From Candidatus Micrarchaeota archaeon (lineage in GTDB: Archaea > Micrarchaeota > Micrarchaeia > Micrarchaeales > Micrarchaeaceae): DNA of 51,276 nucleotides. Below, piece after piece: positions 1 to 8,693 of the stretch (its first letter is position 1; the number at the start of each line of letters is the position of its first letter). The notes under the pieces were generated by a model that saw only the letters and a program-made list of their open reading frames with translations, ran no database searches and was not told where the DNA came from. The stretch spans positions 1 through 51,276 of the forward strand of contig JAJYDY010000001.1 of NCBI GenBank assembly GCA_021790455.1, given 5' to 3'. A program made the translations under genes and the position numbers.

Positions 1-148
1 CTTTCTGCTTTAACCTTAAAATGCTTTTCTTTTTAGATTCGACGCAACACTACACGCAATGAGTAAAAGATTGTTGAATGCGTTAAACTAAGAAAATAGT
101 ATGCTATAAATATTATGATAGTTTGAGTTTTGTTGCTATGGTGAGAAA

Positions 149-1150
149 ATGGGAGGGGGAAAGTCAAAGGTTGCAAGTCTGGAGTCTGAATCTAAGCCGC
201 CGGCGCCCGTTATGGAAGCCGAGAATGCACATAAGTTGGCTCGCATATCCGTTCCGGCAGCAAACAAGCTGATAGGAGATAAGATTCCTGTCCCGGGGAT
301 AGACCACGGCTTTGTCGAGCTTATAGACTACATGGGCAGCGACCAGGCAATTGTGAGGGCTGCGAGGGTTTCCTATGGAGAGGGCACAAAAAGCGTCAGC
401 TCAGATAAAGGGCTTATCCGCTATCTCATGAGGCACAGGCATACAACGCCATTCGAGATGGTAGAGTTCACGTTTCTGGTAAGCCTGCCGATATACGTCG
501 CAAGACAATGGATCCGCCACAGGACAGCGAACGTGAATGAGTACTCTGGGCGATACTCAATAGTGCTCGATGAATTCGACGTGCCCGGACCTGAAAGGAT
601 AAAGGGTCAGGATACGAGGAACAAGCAAGGAAGAACCGGAGCCCTGCCAGCAGAGGTTGTGGAGAAATTCAGGGAGAAGCTTACTAAGAGCTCAACCAAT
701 GCATACAAGGATTATGAGTGGGCGCTTGAGCACGGCGTCGCCAGGGAGATAGCAAGGCTCTTCCTTCCTGTCAACTTCTTCACGCGCTGGTACTGGAAGA
801 TAGACCTGCATAACCTATTCCACTTCCTCGGCCTGCGCCTTGACTCCCATGCACAGTGGGAGATCAGGGCTTACTCCCAGATCATGGCAAGTATAGTAAA
901 GAAGGTCTGCCCGGTTGCATACGAAGCGTTTGAGGATTTTGTACTAAACAGCACCAGCTTTTCCAGGAAGGAGAGGCGTGCAGTTGCAGAGCTTCTGCGC
1001 GGCAGGAGCTTTGAAGAGGCATGTGCAGCTGCAGCTCTGCCGCTGAAGAAGGAAGACGGGACTCCGATGAAGAGCGGGGAGGGGGTAGAATTCAGCGAGA
1101 AACTTGATGGGATGCGCAATCTCCTGAGAGAGGGAGCCGGCGCTGCTTGA
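149..1150 (+). CDS. thyX: FAD-dependent thymidylate synthase ThyX
   Basis: 333-aa ORF carrying the ThyX signature (WIRHRTANVNEYSGRYS = RHR..S.RY) and an upstream RHRHTTPFE motif. The ~40-aa N-terminal and Ala/Gly-rich C-terminal stretches are extensions, so the exact start is uncertain. Confidence 0.9.
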   Translation: MGGGKSKVASLESESKPPAPVMEAENAHKLARISVPAANKLIGDKIPVPGIDHGFVELIDYMGSDQAIVRAARVSYGEGTKSVSSDKGLIRYLMRHRHTTPFEMVEFTFLVSLPIYVARQWIRHRTANVNEYSGRYSIVLDEFDVPGPERIKGQDTRNKQGRTGALPAEVVEKFREKLTKSSTNAYKDYEWALEHGVAREIARLFLPVNFFTRWYWKIDLHNLFHFLGLRLDSHAQWEIRAYSQIMASIVKKVCPVAYEAFEDFVLNSTSFSRKERRAVAELLRGRSFEEACAAAALPLKKEDGTPMKSGEGVEFSEKLDGMRNLLREGAGAA

Positions 1151-1198
1151 GGGATACAAAAGCTATTTAAAAACAGGCAGCAAAATACCTTCGATAAA

Positions 1199-1969
1199 AT
1201 GAAGCAAGTTTACCTGGCGCTGCTGCTCTCGGTTTTTGCTGCTGGTGCACTTCCCAGCGTGCACGCTGGATTCACGATAATAGGGCTTAATACCACTGTC
1301 ACCCTCAACCCCAACACGAGTGCGAGTGTCACAGACATTCTCAGGGTGTCAGTGAGCAACGATTCGATCTCGCAGTACTCCCAGGACAGGCTTGCGCTCA
1401 ATCTGACGCTCAGCCAGTGGCAGAACCTTGTCGGACCAGCGCTCGTAGAGCACATAATAAACCCGACAGGCAGCGTCTACCATTTCAACTTCCTGCCTGG
1501 ACCGCTGCTCGACGTGGGAAGCGGCGGCAAGATAGCATACCTGTACCTGACTTACTACGTATCTAATGTCACGCACGTAAATCAGACCGCACCTAGGGTA
1601 TTCAACTATTCCTTTGACGGCACTGTGTTCAACTTCGAGCACGCGGCGAGCGGCGGGGTCCTCGGCCAGAACACCACGCTTACGATCATACTGCCAAGCA
1701 ACTCGAGAATCGTCTCTGTTTATCCGCCGCCAGATTCGCCTGCGTCCGGCTTCCTGTCAGGCTACAGGAACGTCACGCAGCTCTCATGGTACTCGAACGA
1801 GCCGCTCTCGAAGTTCACGCTCGTCTACGACGTGCAACAGAGCCTGCAGGGAGAGGTAGTTTCCTTCTTCGGCCAGGTCTATTCAGCACTCGGCGGATTC
1901 GTATACCTGATAATAGCAGCAGCGATAGCCATCTTTATATTCTACACTTACAAGAGAGCGAACAAATGA
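1199..1969 (+). CDS. Secreted, C-terminally membrane-anchored hypothetical glycoprotein
   Basis: N-terminal signal peptide (MKQVYLALLLSVFAAGALPSVHA). At least nine N-x-S/T sequons. C-terminal GGF + hydrophobic helix + KRANK tail. No family recognised. Confidence 0.65.
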   Translation: MKQVYLALLLSVFAAGALPSVHAGFTIIGLNTTVTLNPNTSASVTDILRVSVSNDSISQYSQDRLALNLTLSQWQNLVGPALVEHIINPTGSVYHFNFLPGPLLDVGSGGKIAYLYLTYYVSNVTHVNQTAPRVFNYSFDGTVFNFEHAASGGVLGQNTTLTIILPSNSRIVSVYPPPDSPASGFLSGYRNVTQLSWYSNEPLSKFTLVYDVQQSLQGEVVSFFGQVYSALGGFVYLIIAAAIAIFIFYTYKRANK

Positions 1970-1982
1970 AAAAGGTTGTCTT

Positions 1983-3461
1983 TTGCACGAATATGAGATA
2001 AAGCTCCTTAATGGGCTCAAAGAGAAGAAAGGCCAGAGCATAGGGCAGCTCGAAAAGAGCATTGGTCTGTCTCAGGACTCGATACTTTGGGCAGCGGAGA
2101 ATCTTTCGAAGAGCGGTGCCGTTGTGGTCGAGAGGGGCGCAGTTAGGTCTGTATCCGTCACGAAGGAGGGGGAGGGCTATCTGAAGCAGTTCCCGGAAGA
2201 GGGCGTGGTAAGGCTCTTGGAAAAATCCGGTGGAAGGGAGAAAATCGCAGGAATCAAGGATAAGATAGGAGTAATCTGGGCGAAGAAGAACGGGTGGATA
2301 AGTATAGATAATGGCTTGGCATCGCTAACGCAGAGCGGAAGGGAGGCCGCGAAGGAGGGGCAGTACGAACTCAGGGAGGCTTTCAATTGGATATATTCTG
2401 ACCAGCCAAAGATGAATGAAAAGGCTGCGTCCATGAAGGGGGTTGTCGACATTCTTGCAAAGAGGAACCTCATCGAGGTTGATGAGAAGAACGTGATATT
2501 GGCGATATCCATTACAAAGGAAGGACTCGCCATGCTCTCTGGCGCAAAGGCTGAGAAGGGGGTCGACGCGCTTACCAGGGACATTATAAAGTCTGGCATA
2601 TGGGAAAGGCAGGGGTTCAAGCCGTACAACATAAATGCGCCTGGAGAGACGGTCTATCCGGCACGGATGCATCCGTTCAGGGAATTCTCCAACTTCCTCA
2701 GGCAGAAGTGGCTGGAGATGGGGTTCATAGAGGTGTCCGGTCCGATAGTCGAGACGGCATTCTGGAATTTCGACGCGCTGTTCTCCCCGCAGGACCATCC
2801 TACCAGGGAGATGCAGGACACATTCTTCCTCTCCAATCCAGAGAGCCTGACAATAGAAGACCTTGAAACCCTCCAGAAGGTGAGGAAGATGCACATAAAG
2901 GGATGGAAGGAGCAGTGGAACGAAGAAATAGCGAGCGAGGCGGTGCTCAGGACGCACACTACCAGCGTATCCGCCCGTTACATGAGGAAGCTCGCCACGA
3001 CCCTCAATGCAAATTATCCGCTCAAGCTGTTCTCTATAGGCTCCGTATTCAGGAACGAAAACCTTGACTACAAGCACCTCGCAGAGCTGCACCAGCTCGA
3101 CGGAATAATTGTAGGGGATAACCTGACCCTTGCGAACCTGATCGATACGCTGAGAAAGTTCTTCTCGAAGCTCGGGATGGATAACATAAAGATCCATCCG
3201 CAGTACTTCCCTTTTACAGAACCCAGCCTTGAGGGGCTTTACTACGACGAAGAGCACGGCGACTACATAGAGCTCTTCGGCGGCGGGATAATAAGGAAGG
3301 AGATAACCAAGGCGATGGGCACGGACAAGACGGTGCTGGCCTGGGGTATTGGCGTTGACAGGTTCCTGCTCAACAGGAACATACTTGGAGTTGACTCGCT
3401 GCCGGCGATTTTCAAGAACAACGTCGGCTGGCTTAGGTCTAGGGAGAATCTGAAGGTGTAG
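1983..3461 (+). CDS. pheS: Phenylalanyl-tRNA synthetase alpha subunit (archaeal type)
   Basis: 492 aa with a TTG start. Class II aaRS core motifs are present (FRNENLDYKHLAELHQLDG; GIGVDRFLL), with N-terminal winged-helix-like repeats. pheT follows 2 nt downstream. Confidence 0.93.
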   Translation: MHEYEIKLLNGLKEKKGQSIGQLEKSIGLSQDSILWAAENLSKSGAVVVERGAVRSVSVTKEGEGYLKQFPEEGVVRLLEKSGGREKIAGIKDKIGVIWAKKNGWISIDNGLASLTQSGREAAKEGQYELREAFNWIYSDQPKMNEKAASMKGVVDILAKRNLIEVDEKNVILAISITKEGLAMLSGAKAEKGVDALTRDIIKSGIWERQGFKPYNINAPGETVYPARMHPFREFSNFLRQKWLEMGFIEVSGPIVETAFWNFDALFSPQDHPTREMQDTFFLSNPESLTIEDLETLQKVRKMHIKGWKEQWNEEIASEAVLRTHTTSVSARYMRKLATTLNANYPLKLFSIGSVFRNENLDYKHLAELHQLDGIIVGDNLTLANLIDTLRKFFSKLGMDNIKIHPQYFPFTEPSLEGLYYDEEHGDYIELFGGGIIRKEITKAMGTDKTVLAWGIGVDRFLLNRNILGVDSLPAIFKNNVGWLRSRENLKV

Positions 3462-3463
3462 GC

Positions 3464-5119
3464 ATGCCTGTCGTTGCATTTGATGTGAAGGATTTCGAGG
3501 AGAGAGGCTATCCTGCAAAGAGGCTGCAGGAGCTCCTCCCCAGCCTCGGCATGGAAGCCGAGATTGCAGAAAGCGGGGAGATAAAAATAGAAACAATGCC
3601 GAACAGGCCGGACCTTCTCGATTTCATAGGGATAATAAGGGCGCTAGACCACTTCACGGGGAAGAGGTCCCCAAGGGAAAACTTCTACAAGATAGAGAAA
3701 GAGCCGGTCCTTGTCATAGATGTCGATCCTTCTGTGAAGAAGATAAGACCATATATAGCAGGGATAGTGGCTGAGAACGTGGATTTCTCCGGAAACCTCC
3801 TGAAGTACGCGATAAACTTCACCAACAAGTTCACCGAGACCTATGGAAGGAAGAGGAGGAAGCTCGCACTCGGGATCCACAACCTTGACAGGATAAAGGG
3901 GAATATAACCTATGCCGCCGCGGAAGAGGGGAAGATGACTCCGTTGGATGAAAGTGGCGAAGTGAGCTTCTCCGACGTGCTAAAGAAGAACGAAAAGGGG
4001 ATAGAATACGGTGGAATGTATTCCTCGCAGAAGAAGCCGAAGCTACCGTTCATAAAGGATGGGGAGAAGGTCCTTGCCGTGATTCCCATAGTGCAGTGCG
4101 AGCAGACACGTGCAAAGGAGGATACTAAGAATATATTTATCGACATAACAGGGACATCGGAAGTCGCCGTGGAAAATGCGGCTAACCTGATAGCAGCTGC
4201 ACTGATCTACAGCGGCGCGACGATTTATCCCGTAACGGTCAACTACAGGAAGAGCGCAGTGCAGACTCCTGAGTTCAAGGAGAAGCAGATGAAGATGTCG
4301 CTCAGGAGAGCGGAATTCACTCTCGGAGTAGCGCTCGGAAGGCACAATGTCGTCGGGCTGGCGAACAAGATGGGGTACACCGCAGCAAAGTACGGGAACA
4401 GCATTGTGTTCTTCGTCCCGCCTTATAGGCTTGATGTGATAAGCGAGCGCGACCTGATCGAGGATGTCGCGATAGCCTTCGGCTACGACAACATCACGCC
4501 GCTCCCCGTGACTGGAGTCGCGGATGGGCTTGCGCAGGATACCGCAGAGCAGGAGAACAGGCTGGCTACCAGCATGGTGGGCCTTGGTTACACGGAGGCG
4601 ATAAACTCGATACTCACAAACGAGATAACTAACTTCGAGAACGTGCAGCACAAGTACAAAGAGGGGGAATATGTCCAGATCGCGGATGCGAAGACGGAGC
4701 AGACAACAATGGTGAGAACGGACATAGTACCATGCCTGATGCAGAACCTCTCCATCTCCACGAACGAGAAGATGCCGCAGAGGCTTTTCGAGATTGGACG
4801 GGTTTTCTCCCTAGATGGGAGCACTATAAGGGAGTCTTCAAAGCTCGCGTTCGTCGCAGAGCACTCCAGGGCGAACTTCTCAGAGATTAGGAGCTCTGTA
4901 GAGGCGATGCTGAAATTATCCAGGATAGATGATTACAAGATAGAGGCAACGAATGACGCTTCTTATATAGAAGGAAGGTGCGCGAAGGTTGTCTCAAACG
5001 GCTCCACGCTTGGGATCTTCGGAGAAATCCATCCAAAGGTGCTCTCCAGATTCGGGCTTGAGGAGCCTGTCGTCGCAGCTGAGCTCGTCATAATAAAGGA
5101 AATAAGATATGAGGTGTAG
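3464..5119 (+). CDS. pheT: Phenylalanyl-tRNA synthetase beta subunit (archaeal type)
   Basis: 551 aa with a B3/4-type motif (NRPDLLDFIGIIRAL). Its length and position directly after pheS are typical of the archaeal PheRS beta subunit. Confidence 0.9.
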   Translation: MPVVAFDVKDFEERGYPAKRLQELLPSLGMEAEIAESGEIKIETMPNRPDLLDFIGIIRALDHFTGKRSPRENFYKIEKEPVLVIDVDPSVKKIRPYIAGIVAENVDFSGNLLKYAINFTNKFTETYGRKRRKLALGIHNLDRIKGNITYAAAEEGKMTPLDESGEVSFSDVLKKNEKGIEYGGMYSSQKKPKLPFIKDGEKVLAVIPIVQCEQTRAKEDTKNIFIDITGTSEVAVENAANLIAAALIYSGATIYPVTVNYRKSAVQTPEFKEKQMKMSLRRAEFTLGVALGRHNVVGLANKMGYTAAKYGNSIVFFVPPYRLDVISERDLIEDVAIAFGYDNITPLPVTGVADGLAQDTAEQENRLATSMVGLGYTEAINSILTNEITNFENVQHKYKEGEYVQIADAKTEQTTMVRTDIVPCLMQNLSISTNEKMPQRLFEIGRVFSLDGSTIRESSKLAFVAEHSRANFSEIRSSVEAMLKLSRIDDYKIEATNDASYIEGRCAKVVSNGSTLGIFGEIHPKVLSRFGLEEPVVAAELVIIKEIRYEV

Positions 5120-5145
5120 CTTTTATGTCAGAAAATCAGGGGGAT

Positions 5146-5754
5146 TCAATGGGATCCTGCCGCCTCCTTCTTCTGACCGTTCTTCTTTCCTAAGAACTTA
5201 GAGATTATTCCCGGATGCTCCTCCCTGTACTTCTTCTTCTCCTGCCTCTCCTGCTCACTCTTCCATTCCTCCCTCGTCCATCCATAAGGTGGAGATTCTC
5301 TTATACTCTTCGGGAAGTATGCATAATTGTAGAGTTCCTTGATGTAATCATAATCGGTCTCTTCCATGTTCTCCGCGTCCGCCTTCACATGGACGCCCTC
5401 TCCCGCAAGGAAATCGATGAGCTGTTTCCTGCTTATCTTCTCCCTTATATTGTCCGCCTCTGGGTGGTTGTAGACTATCCTTATGAATTTCTTGTAGTAG
5501 TCGACCTTCGCCTTAATCACTGCATCAAAAAGGAGCAGCCTGTACTGCAGGCGTGCACTGTGCGGTATATCGACAAGCTCCTTCTGGTCGAGGTTCTTGA
5601 ACGTGACCTTCTTGATCATCTTGTAGGGCATCCTGAACTTCTTGCCATCCTCTTCTATGAACTGCGACCCCTTGTCTCCCGATATGTCGTCTCCTGCGCC
5701 TGGCCCGAAGACTTCCTTGGTCTTTTCAACCTGCTGGTTGTCTCGTCTGTCCAT
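5146..5754 (-). CDS. Hypothetical protein, K/E-rich C-terminus
   Basis: 202-aa ORF downstream of, and on the same strand as, the radical SAM gene. The central segment (KAKVDYYKKFIRIVYNHPEAD...LIDFLAGEGVHVKA) loosely resembles a ferredoxin-like/HMA-type fold but has no CxxC. No confident family. Confidence 0.55.
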   Translation of the reverse strand: MDRRDNQQVEKTKEVFGPGAGDDISGDKGSQFIEEDGKKFRMPYKMIKKVTFKNLDQKELVDIPHSARLQYRLLLFDAVIKAKVDYYKKFIRIVYNHPEADNIREKISRKQLIDFLAGEGVHVKADAENMEETDYDYIKELYNYAYFPKSIRESPPYGWTREEWKSEQERQEKKKYREEHPGIISKFLGKKNGQKKEAAGSH

Positions 5755-5826
5755 TTTACCACTTATATTTCTTTTTCCTGTTATTTAATGCTGTCGATTT
5801 AGGGGAATCAATAAGAAAGAAACAAA

Positions 5827-7920
5827 TCAGGCCTTACTCTCGGCTTCTATTGCGGGAACAGTATCCTTCTGCGCAACAGGCTGCTGCACCGGATACTTCG
5901 GCTTGAATACTGGGAAGTTCGCAACAGGCTTTCCTCCATTGACCGGGAGCGCGAAGTAGTCTGTCATGTTCGCGTAGGTCTTCTGGAACAGCTCGCTCTG
6001 CTCGAGCTCCTTGACGTTCCTTATGTACTTGTCGGCCCTGTAGTTCCAGTTCGGGTTTGCCTTTGCCCATTCCTTTGCAGGTATGGAATACTGCTTCTGT
6101 ATCTTGTCCCTGTAAACCTCCGGGAACACGTTGAACGTGCAGAACGGAAGCACCTGACCGTCAGGCATTGCATAGTGGATGTCGCACTTCTCAACCCTGT
6201 GTATGTCGTAGCTGTGCTCATCCTGGAAGTGCATCATCCCCAGGAACAACGTCTTGCTGTGGAGCGCACCCATGGAGTTGAAGTCCCTCTTCAGGAACAC
6301 ATCCATAAGCATCTTGCCAAGGTTGAGGCTCTTCGGCTGCTTCTGCTTGTCGATCAGCTTCGGCACGCTAAGGAGCGTCCTCATGGCTATGAGCTTCCTC
6401 TGAATCTTGTTCTTCCCGTGCATCTGGTCGACTGCTCTCTGCAACTTCTCGACCAGCGCAGCAGCGTCAATGAAGTCTGTTATCGGGATCAGCTTGTCAT
6501 CGCTGTCCTTGAACAGGTATGTTGCAGCGCCGCACGCGAAGTGGATAGATAGGTCATACTTGTACTCCCCGCTCAGCGCCTCGAGGAACTTGTTTATCCC
6601 TCCTACATAAGGCACAGAGAACCAATGCTCCTTCCTTATAACGCCGTTGGTCTGTTGCTCGATTAGCTTTATTGCACCCGGGATCGTTATCCTCTGCTTC
6701 TCCCTGAGCCTTGTCGGCATCCTTCCCACGAGGGAGACTGGCTGGAAGTTTACAGCCCTGACTACATCCATGTTGTTGACCGCGAAGTTTATCATCGCTC
6801 CCAGTTCATGATCATTTATCGTCCTGATGACGGTTGGCACAAATACTACCCCTATCCCTGCCTTCCTGCAGGAGTCGAGCGCCTTTGGGACCTCCCAGTA
6901 GTTCTTCGGGTTCGTCCTTGGGCTTACTCCGTCGCAGCTCATGTAAAGAGTACCGCAGCCCGCCTGCCTGACCTGTTTTGCAAGCTCAGGCTTCTCCCCC
7001 AATATTATCCCTGTCGTGTTTAGCTGGATCTGGTCGAATCCCGCCTTCTTCGCCCTGTTGATGACCTCGACTATGTTCGGGTGCATCATTGGCTCGCCGC
7101 CGGTTATCTGGAGAGCGTTCGCAGGTATCGGCTTTGCAGCCTTCAGGTTCCTGAATATCTTTTCCAGTTCATCGACTGTTGGCTCGTATATCGGCTCGCC
7201 CTCCTTTGCATAGAAGAAGCAGTACCAGCAAGAGAGATGGCACCTGTTCGTAACCACTACGTTGGCAAGGCCGGTATGGGTCTTGTGGCGCTCGCAGATG
7301 CCGCAGTCGAACGGGCAGTTCTGCCCCTGACCCAGGTAGTTCGGGTTGTCTATGCCCCTTCCGAAGTAGTTGTACCTCTTCATCTTCGTGTACATGTCAT
7401 AGTCTTCCCAGTACTTCTCGACCGCCCACTTGTGCTCCGGGCAGTACTTCCTTATCATGACGTTGTCTCCATCCTTGTAAATAGTTCCGGGTATGATCAG
7501 CTTGCACTCTGGGCACACTGTCATTGTCTTCTCGATGACCGGCAGCTTTTCCATCTCCTCGACTGTCCTGTGGTAGCAGGCGTAAATCGGGTCCAGGGCA
7601 GGGTTGGCGTTCGGGTCCTCCTTTACCTCAGGCCTCTTGCTGTTCACTTCCTCAATCAGGCCCTTCTTTTCCTCAAAAGACTCTGGTTTGGCTTCCTTCT
7701 TCTCCCCTTCATCCGAGCATCCGCACGAGCCTCCGCAAGATCCCTCTCCCTGTGCGCCTCTCCCGCAGCCGCAGCCTTCGCCAGGTTCCTGACCATGGCC
7801 TCCGCATCCGCAGGAATCTCCTTCCGCGGCAAGATCTCCCTCTTCTAGGGTTCCCTTCGCTGCGCTTGCAATGCCCTTTTTCTCGTTTTTACCGCCAAAA
7901 TTGAAACTCTGCCCAGTCAT
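5827..7920 (-). CDS. Large radical SAM enzyme with zinc-ribbon-like and Cys-Gly-rich N-terminal regions (possibly tetraether lipid synthase Tes/GDGT-MAS-like)
   Basis: 697 aa with the canonical CxxxCxxC (VVTNRCHLSCWYCFF). Extra Cys clusters are present (CPECK...CPEHK; CPFDCGICERH), and the N-terminal ~70 aa hold 9 Cys in CGCGG/CGCG/SCGGSCGC runs. A TATA-like box (gtatttaaag on the minus strand, 7961-7970) and a GGTG lie upstream of the ATG at 7920. The Tes-like assignment rests only on remembered architecture. Confidence 0.85.
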   Translation of the reverse strand: MTGQSFNFGGKNEKKGIASAAKGTLEEGDLAAEGDSCGCGGHGQEPGEGCGCGRGAQGEGSCGGSCGCSDEGEKKEAKPESFEEKKGLIEEVNSKRPEVKEDPNANPALDPIYACYHRTVEEMEKLPVIEKTMTVCPECKLIIPGTIYKDGDNVMIRKYCPEHKWAVEKYWEDYDMYTKMKRYNYFGRGIDNPNYLGQGQNCPFDCGICERHKTHTGLANVVVTNRCHLSCWYCFFYAKEGEPIYEPTVDELEKIFRNLKAAKPIPANALQITGGEPMMHPNIVEVINRAKKAGFDQIQLNTTGIILGEKPELAKQVRQAGCGTLYMSCDGVSPRTNPKNYWEVPKALDSCRKAGIGVVFVPTVIRTINDHELGAMINFAVNNMDVVRAVNFQPVSLVGRMPTRLREKQRITIPGAIKLIEQQTNGVIRKEHWFSVPYVGGINKFLEALSGEYKYDLSIHFACGAATYLFKDSDDKLIPITDFIDAAALVEKLQRAVDQMHGKNKIQRKLIAMRTLLSVPKLIDKQKQPKSLNLGKMLMDVFLKRDFNSMGALHSKTLFLGMMHFQDEHSYDIHRVEKCDIHYAMPDGQVLPFCTFNVFPEVYRDKIQKQYSIPAKEWAKANPNWNYRADKYIRNVKELEQSELFQKTYANMTDYFALPVNGGKPVANFPVFKPKYPVQQPVAQKDTVPAIEAESKA

Positions 7921-8140
7921 CTTTACACCAATATTATCAGGAATATGGGGTTTTCAATCTCTTTAAATACTTTTGCATCCGCTGGTTTACAGAAAGTAAA
8001 AAGTTGCTTTTCTTCGAAGGAAAAATTATGGTGTTGTTTCCCGATGAGTTAGTCTGCGTATCGCTCTTTGTAACTGATATGTGGTTTGCGACACAAGCAT
8101 CATCATAAATGCCACTTAATCAGGCTTATTAATAATTCCG

Positions 8141-8250
8141 ATAACCGCCCGTGGTAGTAGGTTCCATATCTTATTGAAAACATAAAGTCTGCTCATTGTT
8201 AACAAAAAGCATAACCACGGGTGGTAGTAGGTTCCATATATTATTGAAAG
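8141..8250 (+). repeat. Two copies of a 40-bp direct repeat, 70-bp period, in an intergenic region
   Basis: 8141-8180 (ataaccgcccgtggtagtaggttccatatcttattgaaaa) and 8211-8250 (ataaccacgggtggtagtaggttccatatattattgaaag) are 35/40 identical, including a 19-nt perfect core gtggtagtaggttccatat. Confidence 0.85.
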
Positions 8251-8264
8251 TTCCTGACAGGAAC
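8236..8264 (+). promoter_or_regulatory. TATA-like box followed by a perfect 15-nt palindrome upstream of a small membrane-protein gene
   Basis: atatatta at 8236-8243 lies 40 nt upstream of the ATG at 8283. GTTCCTG-A-CAGGAAC at 8250-8264 sits between the box and the start codon. The GGTTCC half-site also occurs in both 40-bp repeats. Confidence 0.35.
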
Positions 8265-8282
8265 AACCAAAAGGTAGAAAAC

Positions 8283-8579
8283 ATGGCCCAACTTGGCATA
8301 AAAGCAGCAGTGATCTCTCTGATCGTACTATTGGTACTGGTCTTTGTGGCTCAGCTGGTCGTTGGCGTATTCGGCACTGCATCGGCGCAGGTGAACAACA
8401 CACTTGTGACGACTGCAGGGGCTAACAGCTTGGCAGTCGAGCAGTTTTGCCAGGTCGGAACCGCGAACACCACAGTCATAAACTTCATACCCTTAGTCAT
8501 GGCACCGATCGGTGGTGTGATTTTCTTTTTCGGATTGAGGAATCTGCTGAACGTGGGTGGTGAGGACACAGGCATCTAA
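8283..8579 (+). CDS. Small hypothetical membrane protein (98 aa, two hydrophobic segments)
   Basis: I took the internal ATG at 8283 (MAQLGIKAAVISLIVLLVLVFVAQ...) instead of the ORF-track start at 8196, because the upstream 29 codons overlap the intergenic repeats. A second hydrophobic segment lies near the C-terminus. Confidence 0.5.
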   Translation: MAQLGIKAAVISLIVLLVLVFVAQLVVGVFGTASAQVNNTLVTTAGANSLAVEQFCQVGTANTTVINFIPLVMAPIGGVIFFFGLRNLLNVGGEDTGI

Positions 8580-8593
8580 GCGATGCGCCCTCA

Positions 8594-8612
8594 AGCCGGC
8601 GGGACGCCGGCT
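8594..8612. terminator. GC-rich hairpin between convergent genes
   Basis: AGCCGGCG-GGA-CGCCGGCT forms a perfect 8-bp stem, followed by TTATATT. It lies between the stop at 8579 (+) and the stop at 8694 (-). Confidence 0.45.
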
Positions 8613-8693
8613 TTATATTCAAAAAGTAAAAAGGCATCAAATTGGCTGAACGGGGAATAAAGGATTAACATCTATAGAAGGTGCCCGCACGTC

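Noticed and set aside
2325-3596. 423-aa ORF on the minus strand
   Set aside because: It is entirely antisense to the well-supported pheS gene, has no recognisable motifs and is Arg/Leu/Pro-rich. This is a typical shadow ORF of a moderately GC-rich gene.
7081-7848. 255-aa plus-strand ORF
   Set aside because: It lies antisense within the radical SAM gene and has no motifs. The radical SAM frame carries the definitive CxxxCxxC signature.
8041-8090. Possible C/D box sRNA (cgatgag ... ctga), next to a Nop5 gene
   Set aside because: The C box is imperfect (CGAUGAG, not RUGAUGA). No D'/C' pair is evident, and the C-to-D spacing of about 40 nt is too short for a standard two-guide archaeal sRNA. 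I cannot support the call by eye.
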